DNA of 64,000 nucleotides, from assembly GCA_022842945.1 (NCBI GenBank), contig JALHOO010000002.1:103180-167179 (forward strand), read 5' to 3'. The DNA comes from Minisyncoccota bacterium (GTDB taxonomy: Bacteria; Patescibacteriota; Minisyncoccia; Phycocordibacterales; Phycocordibacteraceae). Of this stretch, positions 37,447 to 45,853 are shown piece by piece. The position numbers were made by a program, and so were the translations under genes. The notes under the pieces are model-generated. The model saw only the letters and a program-made list of their open reading frames with translations. It ran no database searches and was not told the DNA's origin. Position 1 is the stretch's first letter, and each line of letters opens with the position of its first letter.

Positions 37447-37920
37447 ATGTCTGAGAACCCTCCCCGAACCTTACCTAACGAACCCGGTGAACAGATGGTG
37501 GAGGCGAACAATCCAGAATCTTCAGGAGAGAACAGTGGCGATTCGCAAGAAACAGGCCCGCAGCCAGGAACATCTGTCGCAGAAACCATCCTCGCTGATG
37601 AGCGCGAGGCCATAGCGCAGGGTCGCCGCGCTGAGACCCTAGAGAATCTTAGGAGGCACGCGGATGCTTCGCCGCGAGCGGAGGAAACTAATCCTGGTAG
37701 TACCACCCATACAACAAGGGCACCCGCTGCTGTTCATAAGCAGGGCGGGCGTATTGGTGCTTCGGTACTAGGCACCGGCAAGAATATTTTTGCACTCTTT
37801 GGCCTGTTCGGCTCATGGATCTTAATGGCTCTCAAAGGCGCAGGGGCCATGGCAGGCAAAGGAGGCGGCGGAGGTGGTGGTCACGCCAAGAAGGATGATC
37901 ACGGGGGCGGACATCATTAG
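37447..37920 (+). CDS. hypothetical protein with one TM helix and a Gly/His-rich tail
   Basis: C-terminus ...GKGGGGGGGHAKKDDHGGGHH. Confidence 0.3.
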   Translation: MSENPPRTLPNEPGEQMVEANNPESSGENSGDSQETGPQPGTSVAETILADEREAIAQGRRAETLENLRRHADASPRAEETNPGSTTHTTRAPAAVHKQGGRIGASVLGTGKNIFALFGLFGSWILMALKGAGAMAGKGGGGGGGHAKKDDHGGGHH

Positions 37921-37984
37921 CGTCCACAGTACGAACGTGAGGAATTTAGCAGTCGGCGAGAACCGACTGCTATACTTATAGGTA

Positions 37985-38389
37985 ATGGAGTACCAAGTAC
38001 CGCAGTTCATCGAAGTAGAGGATAAGATTTTCGGACCCTTCACGCTGAAGCAGTTCATCTATGTAGCCGGCGGGGTAGGGCTCTGCGCTATTCTTGTTCT
38101 GTATTTCCCGCTCATCATTGGCCTCATCCTCGCGCTTCCAGTAGCTGCGTTCACAGCAGCTCTCGCGTTCTACAAGATAAACAACAAGCCGTTCGTTGAA
38201 ATCATGGAAGCAGCCTTTAACTACTACATCGGGGACCGCCTGTATCTCTGGAAGAAGGAGAAGAACCAAGTAGATGCACCGGTTGCTGTGAAGCCTGCGG
38301 ACCCAGAGAAGCTCGGCCTAACCCAGAGCAAACTCAAAGACCTCGCCTGGTCTCTTGATATCAAGGATCAAAACAACACCCCTTCCTAA
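37985..38389 (+). CDS. VirB3/PrgI-like small membrane protein
   Basis: 134 aa; MEYQVPQFIEVEDKIFGPFTLKQFIYVAGGVGLCAILVLYFP... followed by two TM helices. Immediately precedes the VirB4-like ORFs in the same frame. Confidence 0.4.
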   Translation: MEYQVPQFIEVEDKIFGPFTLKQFIYVAGGVGLCAILVLYFPLIIGLILALPVAAFTAALAFYKINNKPFVEIMEAAFNYYIGDRLYLWKKEKNQVDAPVAVKPADPEKLGLTQSKLKDLAWSLDIKDQNNTPS

Positions 38390-38392
38390 TCT

Positions 38393-39025
38393 ATGGCTCC
38401 TACTAAGACTACGCAGTCATTTGTGCCGGTAAAAGAAGTACGCAACGGTGTTGTGGTACTTAAGAACGACGGGTACCGAGGGATTCTCATGTGCTCCTCT
38501 ATTAACTTCGCCTTGAAAGGGGAGGACGAGCAGCGCGCTATTATCGGCGGATTCCAGAGCCTTCTTAATACGCTCGATTTCTCTATACAGATCGTGGTGC
38601 ACTCTCGAAAAACTGATATTCGTCCATACCTCGCACTCCTTGAGACGCGCATGCAGGAACAGTCTACGGAGCTCATGCGTCTCCAGCTGCGCGAGTACAT
38701 CGCCTTCATCAGGAACTTCATCGACTCGAGCGACATTATGACGAAGCTCTTCTACGTCGTTGTCCCATATGCTCCTGGCGCCGGAGGTATTGTATCGAGC
38801 ACACCATCCTTCCTTGGGGGAACGAAGCGCCCCGCAACAGACGGCACGAGCGATTCATTCGAAGAGAACCGCGTACAGCTAGAGCAGCGCATGGCACTTG
38901 TGGTGCAGGGCTTGGCTGCAAGCGGGGTGCGTGCCGTGCCGCTTGGCACCGAGGAGGTTATCGAGCTTCTATACCGCTCATTCAACCTCTCTGAGCTTGA
39001 GAACCCTATTCATCTTTCTGCATAA
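38393..39025 (+). CDS. VirB4-family ATPase, N-terminal domain fragment encoded as a separate ORF
   Basis: 210 aa; ...PVKEVRNGVVVLKNDGYRGILMCSSINFALKGEDEQRAIIGGFQSLLNTLDFSIQIVV... resembles VirB4/TraC N-terminal region. Ends TAA; the next ORF starts 3 nt later in the same frame. Confidence 0.5.
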   Translation: MAPTKTTQSFVPVKEVRNGVVVLKNDGYRGILMCSSINFALKGEDEQRAIIGGFQSLLNTLDFSIQIVVHSRKTDIRPYLALLETRMQEQSTELMRLQLREYIAFIRNFIDSSDIMTKLFYVVVPYAPGAGGIVSSTPSFLGGTKRPATDGTSDSFEENRVQLEQRMALVVQGLAASGVRAVPLGTEEVIELLYRSFNLSELENPIHLSA

Positions 39026-39028
39026 TCT

Positions 39029-40852
39029 ATGGCACTCCTCGACTTCCTCGGAAAGAATAAGGGCGACGAAACACCAAGCATGGCACCAGTCCTTCCAAAG
39101 GACATCTATGCAGAAGGGGAGCTGAAGCTCGCTGACGCTATCGCGCCGGCGGCCCTCAAGGTTGGAGCCCGCGAGCTTGAGCTAGGGGAGAAGGTATCTC
39201 GCTCGTTCTACACCATTTCCTACCCACGCTTCCTCGTTGATAGCTGGTTCACACCAATCATCAACCTCGACAAGGTATTCGATGTTTCTATTTTCATTCA
39301 TCCCGTTGAAACCGGTTCAGCACTCCGCGGCTTCCAGAAAAAGGTTGCTGAGATTGAGAGTCAGATCTCTGACAGGGAAGAGAAGGGGTTAGTGCGCGAC
39401 CCGATGCTCGATACCGCGTACCGCGACCTTGAGCAGCTGCGTGACCAGCTTCAGCAGGCAGAAGAGCACATCTTTGAAGTGGGGCTCTACATAACACTCT
39501 ACGGAAACTCGAAGGAGGACCTCGACAAGATCGAAGGGGACGTGCGCGGCATCCTCGACGCCAAGCTCGTATATACGAAGCCAGCACTCTTCCAGCAGGA
39601 GCAGGGATTCCGCTCGACACTTCCGCTCGCGACCGACGAGCTCCAGGTTACAAGCAAGCTCAACTCCTCTCCGCTCTCTTCCATATTCCCGTTCGTGTCC
39701 TTCGACCTCACGAGTGACCGCGGCATTCTCTACGGTATCAACCGCCACAACGCCTCGTTGATTCTTTTCGACCGCTTCTCCCTTGAGAACTACAACTCGG
39801 TTGTGTTCGCAAAGTCTGGTTCCGGAAAGTCCTATGCCGTTAAACTCGAGATTCTTCGTTCCTTGATGTTCGGCACTGACGTTATTGTTATCGACCCTGA
39901 GCGCGAGTACGAGAACCTGGCATCTGCCACAGGAGGACGTACCTTCAACATCTCGCTCTCGTCCGAGCACCACATCAATCCGTTCGACTTGCCGCCGGTT
40001 AAGGAAGACGAGGAGCCGTCTGACATCCTTCGCTCGAACATCATTAATCTCGTGGGTCTATTCCGTCTCATGCTCGGAGGACTTTCGCCTGAGGAGGACG
40101 CGATTATCGATCGCGCAATAACGGAGACCTACGCCCTTAAGGACATCACCGGGGACAGCGACTTCACTGGCATCGAACCGCCGATTCTCTCGGACTTCGA
40201 GAACGTGCTTTCCGGCATGGAGGGCTCAGAATCCCTTGTTATACGCCTTTCCAAGTACACGCACGGTACCTGGGCTGGGTTCATTAACCAGCCGACGAAC
40301 ATCGACATAAACAAGCAGTTCATCGTGTTCTCTGTGCGCGACATGGAGGACGAGCTGAAGCCTATTGCGATGTACATCATCACGCACTACATCTGGAACG
40401 CGGTCCGCCACGAACTCAAGAAACGCCTTCTCATAATCGACGAGGCGTGGTGGATGATGAAGTCAGACGACACCGCGTCCTTCCTCTACAGCCTTGCTAA
40501 GCGCGGCCGTAAATACTATCTGGGTGTTGCAACCGTCACCCAAGACGTTGAGGACTTCCTCCGCTCTCCATACGGCCGTCCTATCCTTACGAACTCGTCC
40601 ATGCAGTTGCTCTTGAAGCAGTCTCCAACAACCATCAACGTCCTCAAGGAGACCTTTAACCTTACAGACGAGGAGAAATTCCTTCTTCTTGAGTCTGGAG
40701 TGGGGGAGGGTCTCTTCTTCGCAGGCCTTAAGCACGTGGCTATTAAGATTGTTGCGTCCTACACCGAGGACCAGATCATAACCTCAGACCCGAGCCAGTT
40801 GCTCCAGATCAAGCAAGAGAAGGCACGAAACGACGCGGGGCTCGCGGCCTAG
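39029..40852 (+). CDS. VirB4/TrbE/CagE-family type IV secretion ATPase, motor domain
   Basis: Walker A VVFAKSGSGKSYAV, Walker B RLLIIDEAWWMM; 607 aa. Together with the previous ORF it approximates a full-length VirB4 of about 820 aa. Confidence 0.8.
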   Translation: MALLDFLGKNKGDETPSMAPVLPKDIYAEGELKLADAIAPAALKVGARELELGEKVSRSFYTISYPRFLVDSWFTPIINLDKVFDVSIFIHPVETGSALRGFQKKVAEIESQISDREEKGLVRDPMLDTAYRDLEQLRDQLQQAEEHIFEVGLYITLYGNSKEDLDKIEGDVRGILDAKLVYTKPALFQQEQGFRSTLPLATDELQVTSKLNSSPLSSIFPFVSFDLTSDRGILYGINRHNASLILFDRFSLENYNSVVFAKSGSGKSYAVKLEILRSLMFGTDVIVIDPEREYENLASATGGRTFNISLSSEHHINPFDLPPVKEDEEPSDILRSNIINLVGLFRLMLGGLSPEEDAIIDRAITETYALKDITGDSDFTGIEPPILSDFENVLSGMEGSESLVIRLSKYTHGTWAGFINQPTNIDINKQFIVFSVRDMEDELKPIAMYIITHYIWNAVRHELKKRLLIIDEAWWMMKSDDTASFLYSLAKRGRKYYLGVATVTQDVEDFLRSPYGRPILTNSSMQLLLKQSPTTINVLKETFNLTDEEKFLLLESGVGEGLFFAGLKHVAIKIVASYTEDQIITSDPSQLLQIKQEKARNDAGLAA

Positions 40853-40855
40853 CGT

Positions 40856-41362
40856 ATGGCAGCACCTCACAAGATAGGGAACGTAACGGCTGGTTTCATG
40901 GTCGCAATCGCCTTGCTTGTGGACGGTGTCCAGGCACTTCTAACGCTCTCTGTGTTCCTGCTTCCGTTATCTGTTCTTGCCACGTTCTTTTCTATAACCA
41001 TGTTCTTTTTATGGTTTGGCATCCTGGGGGTGAAGTACACCGGAAACGGGGGAGGGAAGAAACTCTTGATTATGCTCGCTACAACCGTAGCTGAAATAGC
41101 GCCGGTTATAAACGCACTTCCTGCTACAACTGCGGGGGTCATTGGGGTGATCGTTCAGACTCGCATTGAGGACGCTCGAGCTTCTGTAGAGGGGAATGTA
41201 ACCCCAAACACCGCGATGGCATACGCTCGCCAAAGACGAATGCAGGCTGCCCGCGTCAACCGCCAGGACTCAGCGCGAGAGGGTAGGGAAGAGGTTCAAA
41301 ATGCTCGCCACTCAGAACCTGCTAACGACAATTCGGGAGAGTCGTACCGCAGCGCGGCATAA
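40856..41362 (+). CDS. hypothetical membrane protein (3 TM helices)
   Basis: 168 aa. Same reading frame as the three preceding ORFs, TAG-CGT-ATG junction. Confidence 0.35.
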   Translation: MAAPHKIGNVTAGFMVAIALLVDGVQALLTLSVFLLPLSVLATFFSITMFFLWFGILGVKYTGNGGGKKLLIMLATTVAEIAPVINALPATTAGVIGVIVQTRIEDARASVEGNVTPNTAMAYARQRRMQAARVNRQDSAREGREEVQNARHSEPANDNSGESYRSAA

Positions 41363-41409
41363 CATTACCCCCGTCCTCTAAAGAGGCTCTGGGGTATTCG
41401 GTATATACT

Positions 41410-42399
41410 GTGCGTATGATACGCGCGCTACTTCTAGCGATTCTTCTTATCGGCACAAGCATTCCCGCAGCGCTTGCTCAGGGACTTCCCGGAACAGACC
41501 CGCTTACACTCGTCGTTTCTCCGCAGTATCCGCGACCATACCAAACCGTGAGTATTGCACCGAGAAGCTCACTTCTCGACCTCTCAGCGAGCACGGTGCG
41601 GGTTTCGGTAGACGGGGAACGGGTATATGAGGGAAGTGGTACTCAAGCAACTAATGTTCGTGCAGGAGCTCTAGGAGAGCGCACCACGGTTTCAGTGTCT
41701 GTTACGGATCCAGACGGCCGTGTCTATACAAAGACGCAGGTACTTCGTCCCGCAGAAGTGTCGTTGATACTGGAACCCGCCTCAACAGCACACCCTTTCT
41801 ATAGGGGTGGGGGGTTGGTTGCCTCAGAGGGCAGGGTGCGTCTTATCGCTGTGCCTGATTTGAGAAGCGCTCCGGGCACACGTCTCCCCGCATCGTCCTT
41901 GGTATACACCTGGCGTCTTGGAGACCGTATCCTTACGGACTCTTCCGGTATTGGGCGCTCTACACTAACGGCAGAAGCACCCGTCCGCTATCGCAATGCA
42001 AACATAAGCGTAACCGTAACGAGCCCAGACAGCTCTTTGGTAGGGGAGGCGAGAACGGTTGTGTCAGCGGTTGATCCGACTGCTCGTATGTATCGCAACG
42101 ACCCTCTCCTTGGACCAAACTTTGATGTAGCGCTTAGTGATCGGTTCTCTATGCCAGATACTGAGGCAACCTTCCGTGCAGTTGGATACTTCTTCGCAAC
42201 ACCTCCAACATTCGCGTGGACCGTTAACAACACAACCAACGGCACCGACAAGGACCTCACCGTCCGCGCTACCGGCAACGGACAGGGGGCTGCTCGTCTC
42301 GGCGTTACCGTAACGGAGCCTGCAAGTAGGCGCTCTGCTGAGAGTCGCGTAACCGTAGACTTCGGTGCGTCCACTGGCTTTGGATTCTTTGGCCTATAA
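41410..42399 (+). CDS. secreted hypothetical protein
   Basis: Signal peptide MRMIRALLLAILLIGTSIPAALAQG. Beta-rich sequence with repeated VTVT-type segments. Confidence 0.4.
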   Translation: MRMIRALLLAILLIGTSIPAALAQGLPGTDPLTLVVSPQYPRPYQTVSIAPRSSLLDLSASTVRVSVDGERVYEGSGTQATNVRAGALGERTTVSVSVTDPDGRVYTKTQVLRPAEVSLILEPASTAHPFYRGGGLVASEGRVRLIAVPDLRSAPGTRLPASSLVYTWRLGDRILTDSSGIGRSTLTAEAPVRYRNANISVTVTSPDSSLVGEARTVVSAVDPTARMYRNDPLLGPNFDVALSDRFSMPDTEATFRAVGYFFATPPTFAWTVNNTTNGTDKDLTVRATGNGQGAARLGVTVTEPASRRSAESRVTVDFGASTGFGFFGL

Positions 42400-42403
42400 C
42401 ACT

Positions 42404-43243
42404 ATGAAATACCTTTCTTTTCTCGTACTTTTCTTCGGACTCCCACTCATGGCACTCGCACAGAGCACCGACATTGGGAGTGGGTTCGTACCTCTTACGA
42501 ATATTCCAATCCTTGCTCAGACCGGAAACTCATTCAGTCTCGATCAGTTCCTGAACGGTCTCTACAGAATCTGTATTGGTATAGCGGCAGTGCTCGCGGT
42601 GCTCCAGATCATGCGCGCGGGCATCATGTACATGGGAGGAGACAGCGTTACGGAGAAGAAGGAGGCCAAGAACCTCATTGCTATGGCTATTGGGGGACTT
42701 ATTTTGGTGCTTTCGCCAGTTGTTGTGTTCTCGGTTATTAATCCAGAGATTCTTACACTGAAGATTAATAACATCGAGGAACTTGCTCCGGAAGAACCAG
42801 CGACACCAACACCACCCATCACACTTCCGAGCACCGAACAGGGTGTGTGCAGCATCACGTATGTTGAAAGGCGTGAGGCACCGAACTGTAGTGCACTTGG
42901 CTCCGATTGGGAGACAGCGAGTCTTTCGTGCTGTGTGTCTTTCACGGGAGGCTTCTGTTGTGGCCGCAAGCCGCAAACTCCTTCGACGCCAGACACCACT
43001 GCGGGCTTCAGATATCGAATTGCCGTACAAGACACTGATTCAAGAAACCCTGATTTTCTATATCAGAGTCGTTCCTGCGTTCGTTACGAAGAGGGAACGG
43101 AGGCGAATCAAATAGCGTGCGTTGGTGCACTTGAAGCAGAGAAGATTCAGCTTCAAGGAAAACAGTATCAAGTTGTGAAGGAGTGTGTTGGACAGGAAGC
43201 TACTACGCACGCATATACAAACCTACCGACCTGTACACCTTAG
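42404..43243 (+). CDS. VirB2/TrbC-like pilin with long Cys-rich C-terminal extension
   Basis: Signal peptide, then two hydrophobic segments (LYRICIGIAAVLAVLQIMRAGIMYMGG...LIAMAIGGLILVLSPVVVFSVI) as in VirB2. A C-terminal tail of about 150 aa has 13 Cys. Track start 42365 trimmed to MKYLSFLVL. Confidence 0.4.
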   Translation: MKYLSFLVLFFGLPLMALAQSTDIGSGFVPLTNIPILAQTGNSFSLDQFLNGLYRICIGIAAVLAVLQIMRAGIMYMGGDSVTEKKEAKNLIAMAIGGLILVLSPVVVFSVINPEILTLKINNIEELAPEEPATPTPPITLPSTEQGVCSITYVERREAPNCSALGSDWETASLSCCVSFTGGFCCGRKPQTPSTPDTTAGFRYRIAVQDTDSRNPDFLYQSRSCVRYEEGTEANQIACVGALEAEKIQLQGKQYQVVKECVGQEATTHAYTNLPTCTP

Positions 43244-43246
43244 TTT

Positions 43247-44470
43247 ATGAACCGCCGCATCCTCGTTATCGTTGCAAGTATCATCGTCCTCATAGGGCTT
43301 CTTGTGGGTGGGTACTATCTGTTCTTCGCGAACGGAGCCTCTCTCTCTGTAGGGTTGCCTGGAGACCCATTCGGTTCAAGCGGAGACCGTGATCAAACAG
43401 GGCTTCTAGGACCAGACGGTCAACCTATTCAAGGAGCCGGAACGGTGGTGGCACCGCGTCTCATCCGTATCTCTGATGCTCCTGTGGCAAAGGGCGCTAT
43501 TGCACTCTACATCCCGCCAGTTCTTCCGGTTGGCACTTCGACCGATCCTGAGATTCCTGCTGACACTGAGGTTCGCTTCATCGAGCGTCAGAGCGGGAAC
43601 ATCTACGCATTCCGCGTTCATGATCGCGTGCTCACACGCGTAAGCAACCGCACTCTTCCAGGTATTCAGGAAGCAACATGGAGCTCAGACGGGTCTCGTG
43701 CCTTTGCGCGCTATCTCACCCGTGCTGCAGACGGCACTGAGCACATTGATACCTATGCGCTTCCTGCAGACGGTGGGGAAGGGTACTTCTTAGAGCAGGA
43801 CCTTGAGCAGGTTGCGGTGCAGGGTTCAACAACCGTCTTCTCACTCCTTCCAAACTCAACCGGCTCTATAGGAAGCCTTTCAAATACAGACGGCACAAAC
43901 GTCAGTACACTCTTCACGTCCGCTCTCTCTCGCCTGCATGCCGGCTTCTCAGGCAACGACCTCGTACTTGCCACTAAGGCCTCAAGCGGACTCGATGGCT
44001 ATGCATTCCTCGCATCAAGGACAACAGGTGCGTTCACGCGCATTCTAGGACCCCTCAGAGGCCTCGCTGTACTTCCGAACACCGAAGGCACGTCTGTTCT
44101 TTACAGTTATGCTGATGCAGGACGTGTGTACCTACAGGTCCTCGACCTCTCAACCAGAAACTCAACCGCACTTCCGCTCGTTACACTCGCTGAAAAGTGT
44201 ACCTGGGCACCTGGAGGACGTGCCGTCTACTGCGGCGTACCAACCGCGCTCGCAGGAAACGTACCAGACGAGTGGTACCAGGGCGCAAAGACATTCTCTG
44301 ATCGCATTTGGCGCATTGATCTTGATACACGCCTCGCAACGCTAATCGTTGACCCGGGGACCGTTGCAGGTGTTGCTATTGATGCAGTTGCTCTTACGGT
44401 TGACCCAGTAGGGGACACTCTAGTGTTCACGAATAAGAAAGATGGCACACTCTGGGTATACGACCTCTAG
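43247..44470 (+). CDS. membrane-anchored hypothetical protein, possible beta-propeller-like ectodomain
   Basis: N-terminal TM ILVIVASIIVLIGLLVGGYYLFF. Repeated ...DG.....Y.. segments (TWSSDGSRAFARY, WAPGGRAVYCG, DGTLWVYDL). Confidence 0.35.
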   Translation: MNRRILVIVASIIVLIGLLVGGYYLFFANGASLSVGLPGDPFGSSGDRDQTGLLGPDGQPIQGAGTVVAPRLIRISDAPVAKGAIALYIPPVLPVGTSTDPEIPADTEVRFIERQSGNIYAFRVHDRVLTRVSNRTLPGIQEATWSSDGSRAFARYLTRAADGTEHIDTYALPADGGEGYFLEQDLEQVAVQGSTTVFSLLPNSTGSIGSLSNTDGTNVSTLFTSALSRLHAGFSGNDLVLATKASSGLDGYAFLASRTTGAFTRILGPLRGLAVLPNTEGTSVLYSYADAGRVYLQVLDLSTRNSTALPLVTLAEKCTWAPGGRAVYCGVPTALAGNVPDEWYQGAKTFSDRIWRIDLDTRLATLIVDPGTVAGVAIDAVALTVDPVGDTLVFTNKKDGTLWVYDL

Positions 44471-44486
44471 AGAACAGGAAATAAGA

Positions 44487-44515
44487 AAAGAGCCCGTATA
44501 TACGGGCTCTTTTCT
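44487..44515. terminator. bidirectional terminator containing GCCCGTATATACGGGC
   Basis: aaaagagcccgtatatacgggctcttttc between convergent genes. Same hairpin core as at 21504-21519. Confidence 0.55.
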
Positions 44516-44527
44516 TATATGCAGTGC

Positions 44528-45262
44528 TTACGCCTCAACCGGCGCAACTTTCTTGCGGCGCACAATGAACTCCTGCAGCACTCCTACGAGGTTGCTTGTT
44601 ATGAAGTAGAGGGCGATAGCAACTGACGTGTAGTACGCGGCAATACCAATGAACACTGGAAGCATGTAGCGCATTTGAAGCGCGAGTGAGCGTCCGAAAT
44701 CTGCTTGCATGTCGGTTCCTTTCTTCTTGGTTGAGCGCTCGGGCACCGGAATAGCGTACCAACCGTACACAAACTGCGTAATGGCAGCGATAAGAGCAAG
44801 GGTGATGCTTGCGCTGGTTACCGCAAATACCCCAAGGAAGAGGGGAGAGATGGCGAGAGGGGCTGGCACAAACGAATAAAGAATCGCGGTATCAACCATG
44901 AGAAGCTCCTTGTTGTTGAACACCCAGTAGAGGGAGATAACGATAGGAAGCTGGATGATAAGGGTGAGGAGGCCTGCGAATGGGTTAACGCCGTACTTCT
45001 TGTAGAGTGCGAACATCTCCTTAGCCTGATTCTCCTTATCGTCCTTAAGCTTCTCCCGGATCTCTTTCATCTCAGGCTCAATGGCCTTAATAGCGCGCTG
45101 GGTGCGCAGTGCCGCGAAGGAAAGAGGCATCAAAATAACCTTCACAATGAGGGTGGCAATAACCACCGCCATGCCAATATCCTGCCCGGGCAGGATATCC
45201 GTAAGGAACATAAGGAGGTTGTAAATCGGCGTGTAGAGAACAGTGTGAAAGAAGGACATCAT
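44528..45262 (-). CDS. yidC: membrane protein insertase YidC (short Oxa1-type)
   Basis: 244 aa, 5 TM helices, cytoplasmic loop with ...RAIKAIEPEMKEIREKLKDDKENQAKEMFALYKKYGVNPFAG... Confidence 0.85.
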   Translation of the reverse strand: MMSFFHTVLYTPIYNLLMFLTDILPGQDIGMAVVIATLIVKVILMPLSFAALRTQRAIKAIEPEMKEIREKLKDDKENQAKEMFALYKKYGVNPFAGLLTLIIQLPIVISLYWVFNNKELLMVDTAILYSFVPAPLAISPLFLGVFAVTSASITLALIAAITQFVYGWYAIPVPERSTKKKGTDMQADFGRSLALQMRYMLPVFIGIAAYYTSVAIALYFITSNLVGVLQEFIVRRKKVAPVEA

Positions 45263-45289
45263 GATGCCTTGAGTGTACCGTATTTGGGT

Positions 45290-45616
45290 CTATTTCGCGC
45301 TTTGGGGAAGGGCGCGAACAAGAAGATCTCCCAGCTCCTTCTGGATAGCAGGGAAGTCGAGGGTGGGAGCTCCCGGACGAGCATACACAATGAGAATACG
45401 GGTGGGGAGGCAATGCGGAGCGATAACCGAAGCCATCCGGCGCTTTAGGAGATGACGAAAAACCGAGAGTTTTGCTACCTTTTTCCCAATAACCACGGCG
45501 CACCCGCCCTTTTCTGCCTCCCGTACTGAAAGGGAGAAATGGGGGCTGGCAGACCTCTTTTCAGGGCCTGTGGGCGCAAAATGCGCCCGAGAGAGGCGCA
45601 TGTTCCGTGGAATCAT
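45290..45616 (-). CDS. rnpA: ribonuclease P protein component
   Basis: 108 aa basic protein; ...AVVIGKKVAKLSVFRHLLKRRM... (RNR-like motif). Sits between rpmH and yidC. Confidence 0.8.
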   Translation of the reverse strand: MIPRNMRLSRAHFAPTGPEKRSASPHFSLSVREAEKGGCAVVIGKKVAKLSVFRHLLKRRMASVIAPHCLPTRILIVYARPGAPTLDFPAIQKELGDLLVRALPQSAK

Positions 45617-45753
45617 TAGACAGTGAGCTTCGAACGTCCCTTGCGGCGACGGCGAAGAAGGACAGCGCGTCCAGTAGGGGTACTGGTGCGTGCACGGAAG
45701 CCGTGCGTACGCGCGCGCTTACGCTTTTTCGGCTGATAGGTGCGCTTTGGCAT
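45616..45753 (-). CDS. rpmH: 50S ribosomal protein L34
   Basis: Manual translation [45 protein letters not shown]. Below the 60-aa track cutoff. Its stop overlaps the rnpA ATG (TAATG). Confidence 0.85.
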   Translation of the reverse strand: MPKRTYQPKKRKRARTHGFRARTSTPTGRAVLLRRRRKGRSKLTV

Positions 45754-45853
45754 ATGCACAGGATACTAACAGGTTGACGGGAAGTGAGCAAGGAAATGCC
45801 TTACGGGCGCCCTGGTCGCGCATTTTGAAAACCTCCGTATACTTACCCTAACA

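Noticed and set aside
38390-39028. Alternative genetic code (stop-codon reassignment) as explanation for the in-frame TAA stops in the VirB4-like gene
   Set aside because: Long conserved proteins elsewhere in the window (DnaA, PolA, PBP1A, NusA, UvrD) are intact under the standard code and terminate normally at TAA/TAG/TGA, so a genome-wide reassignment is not supported.
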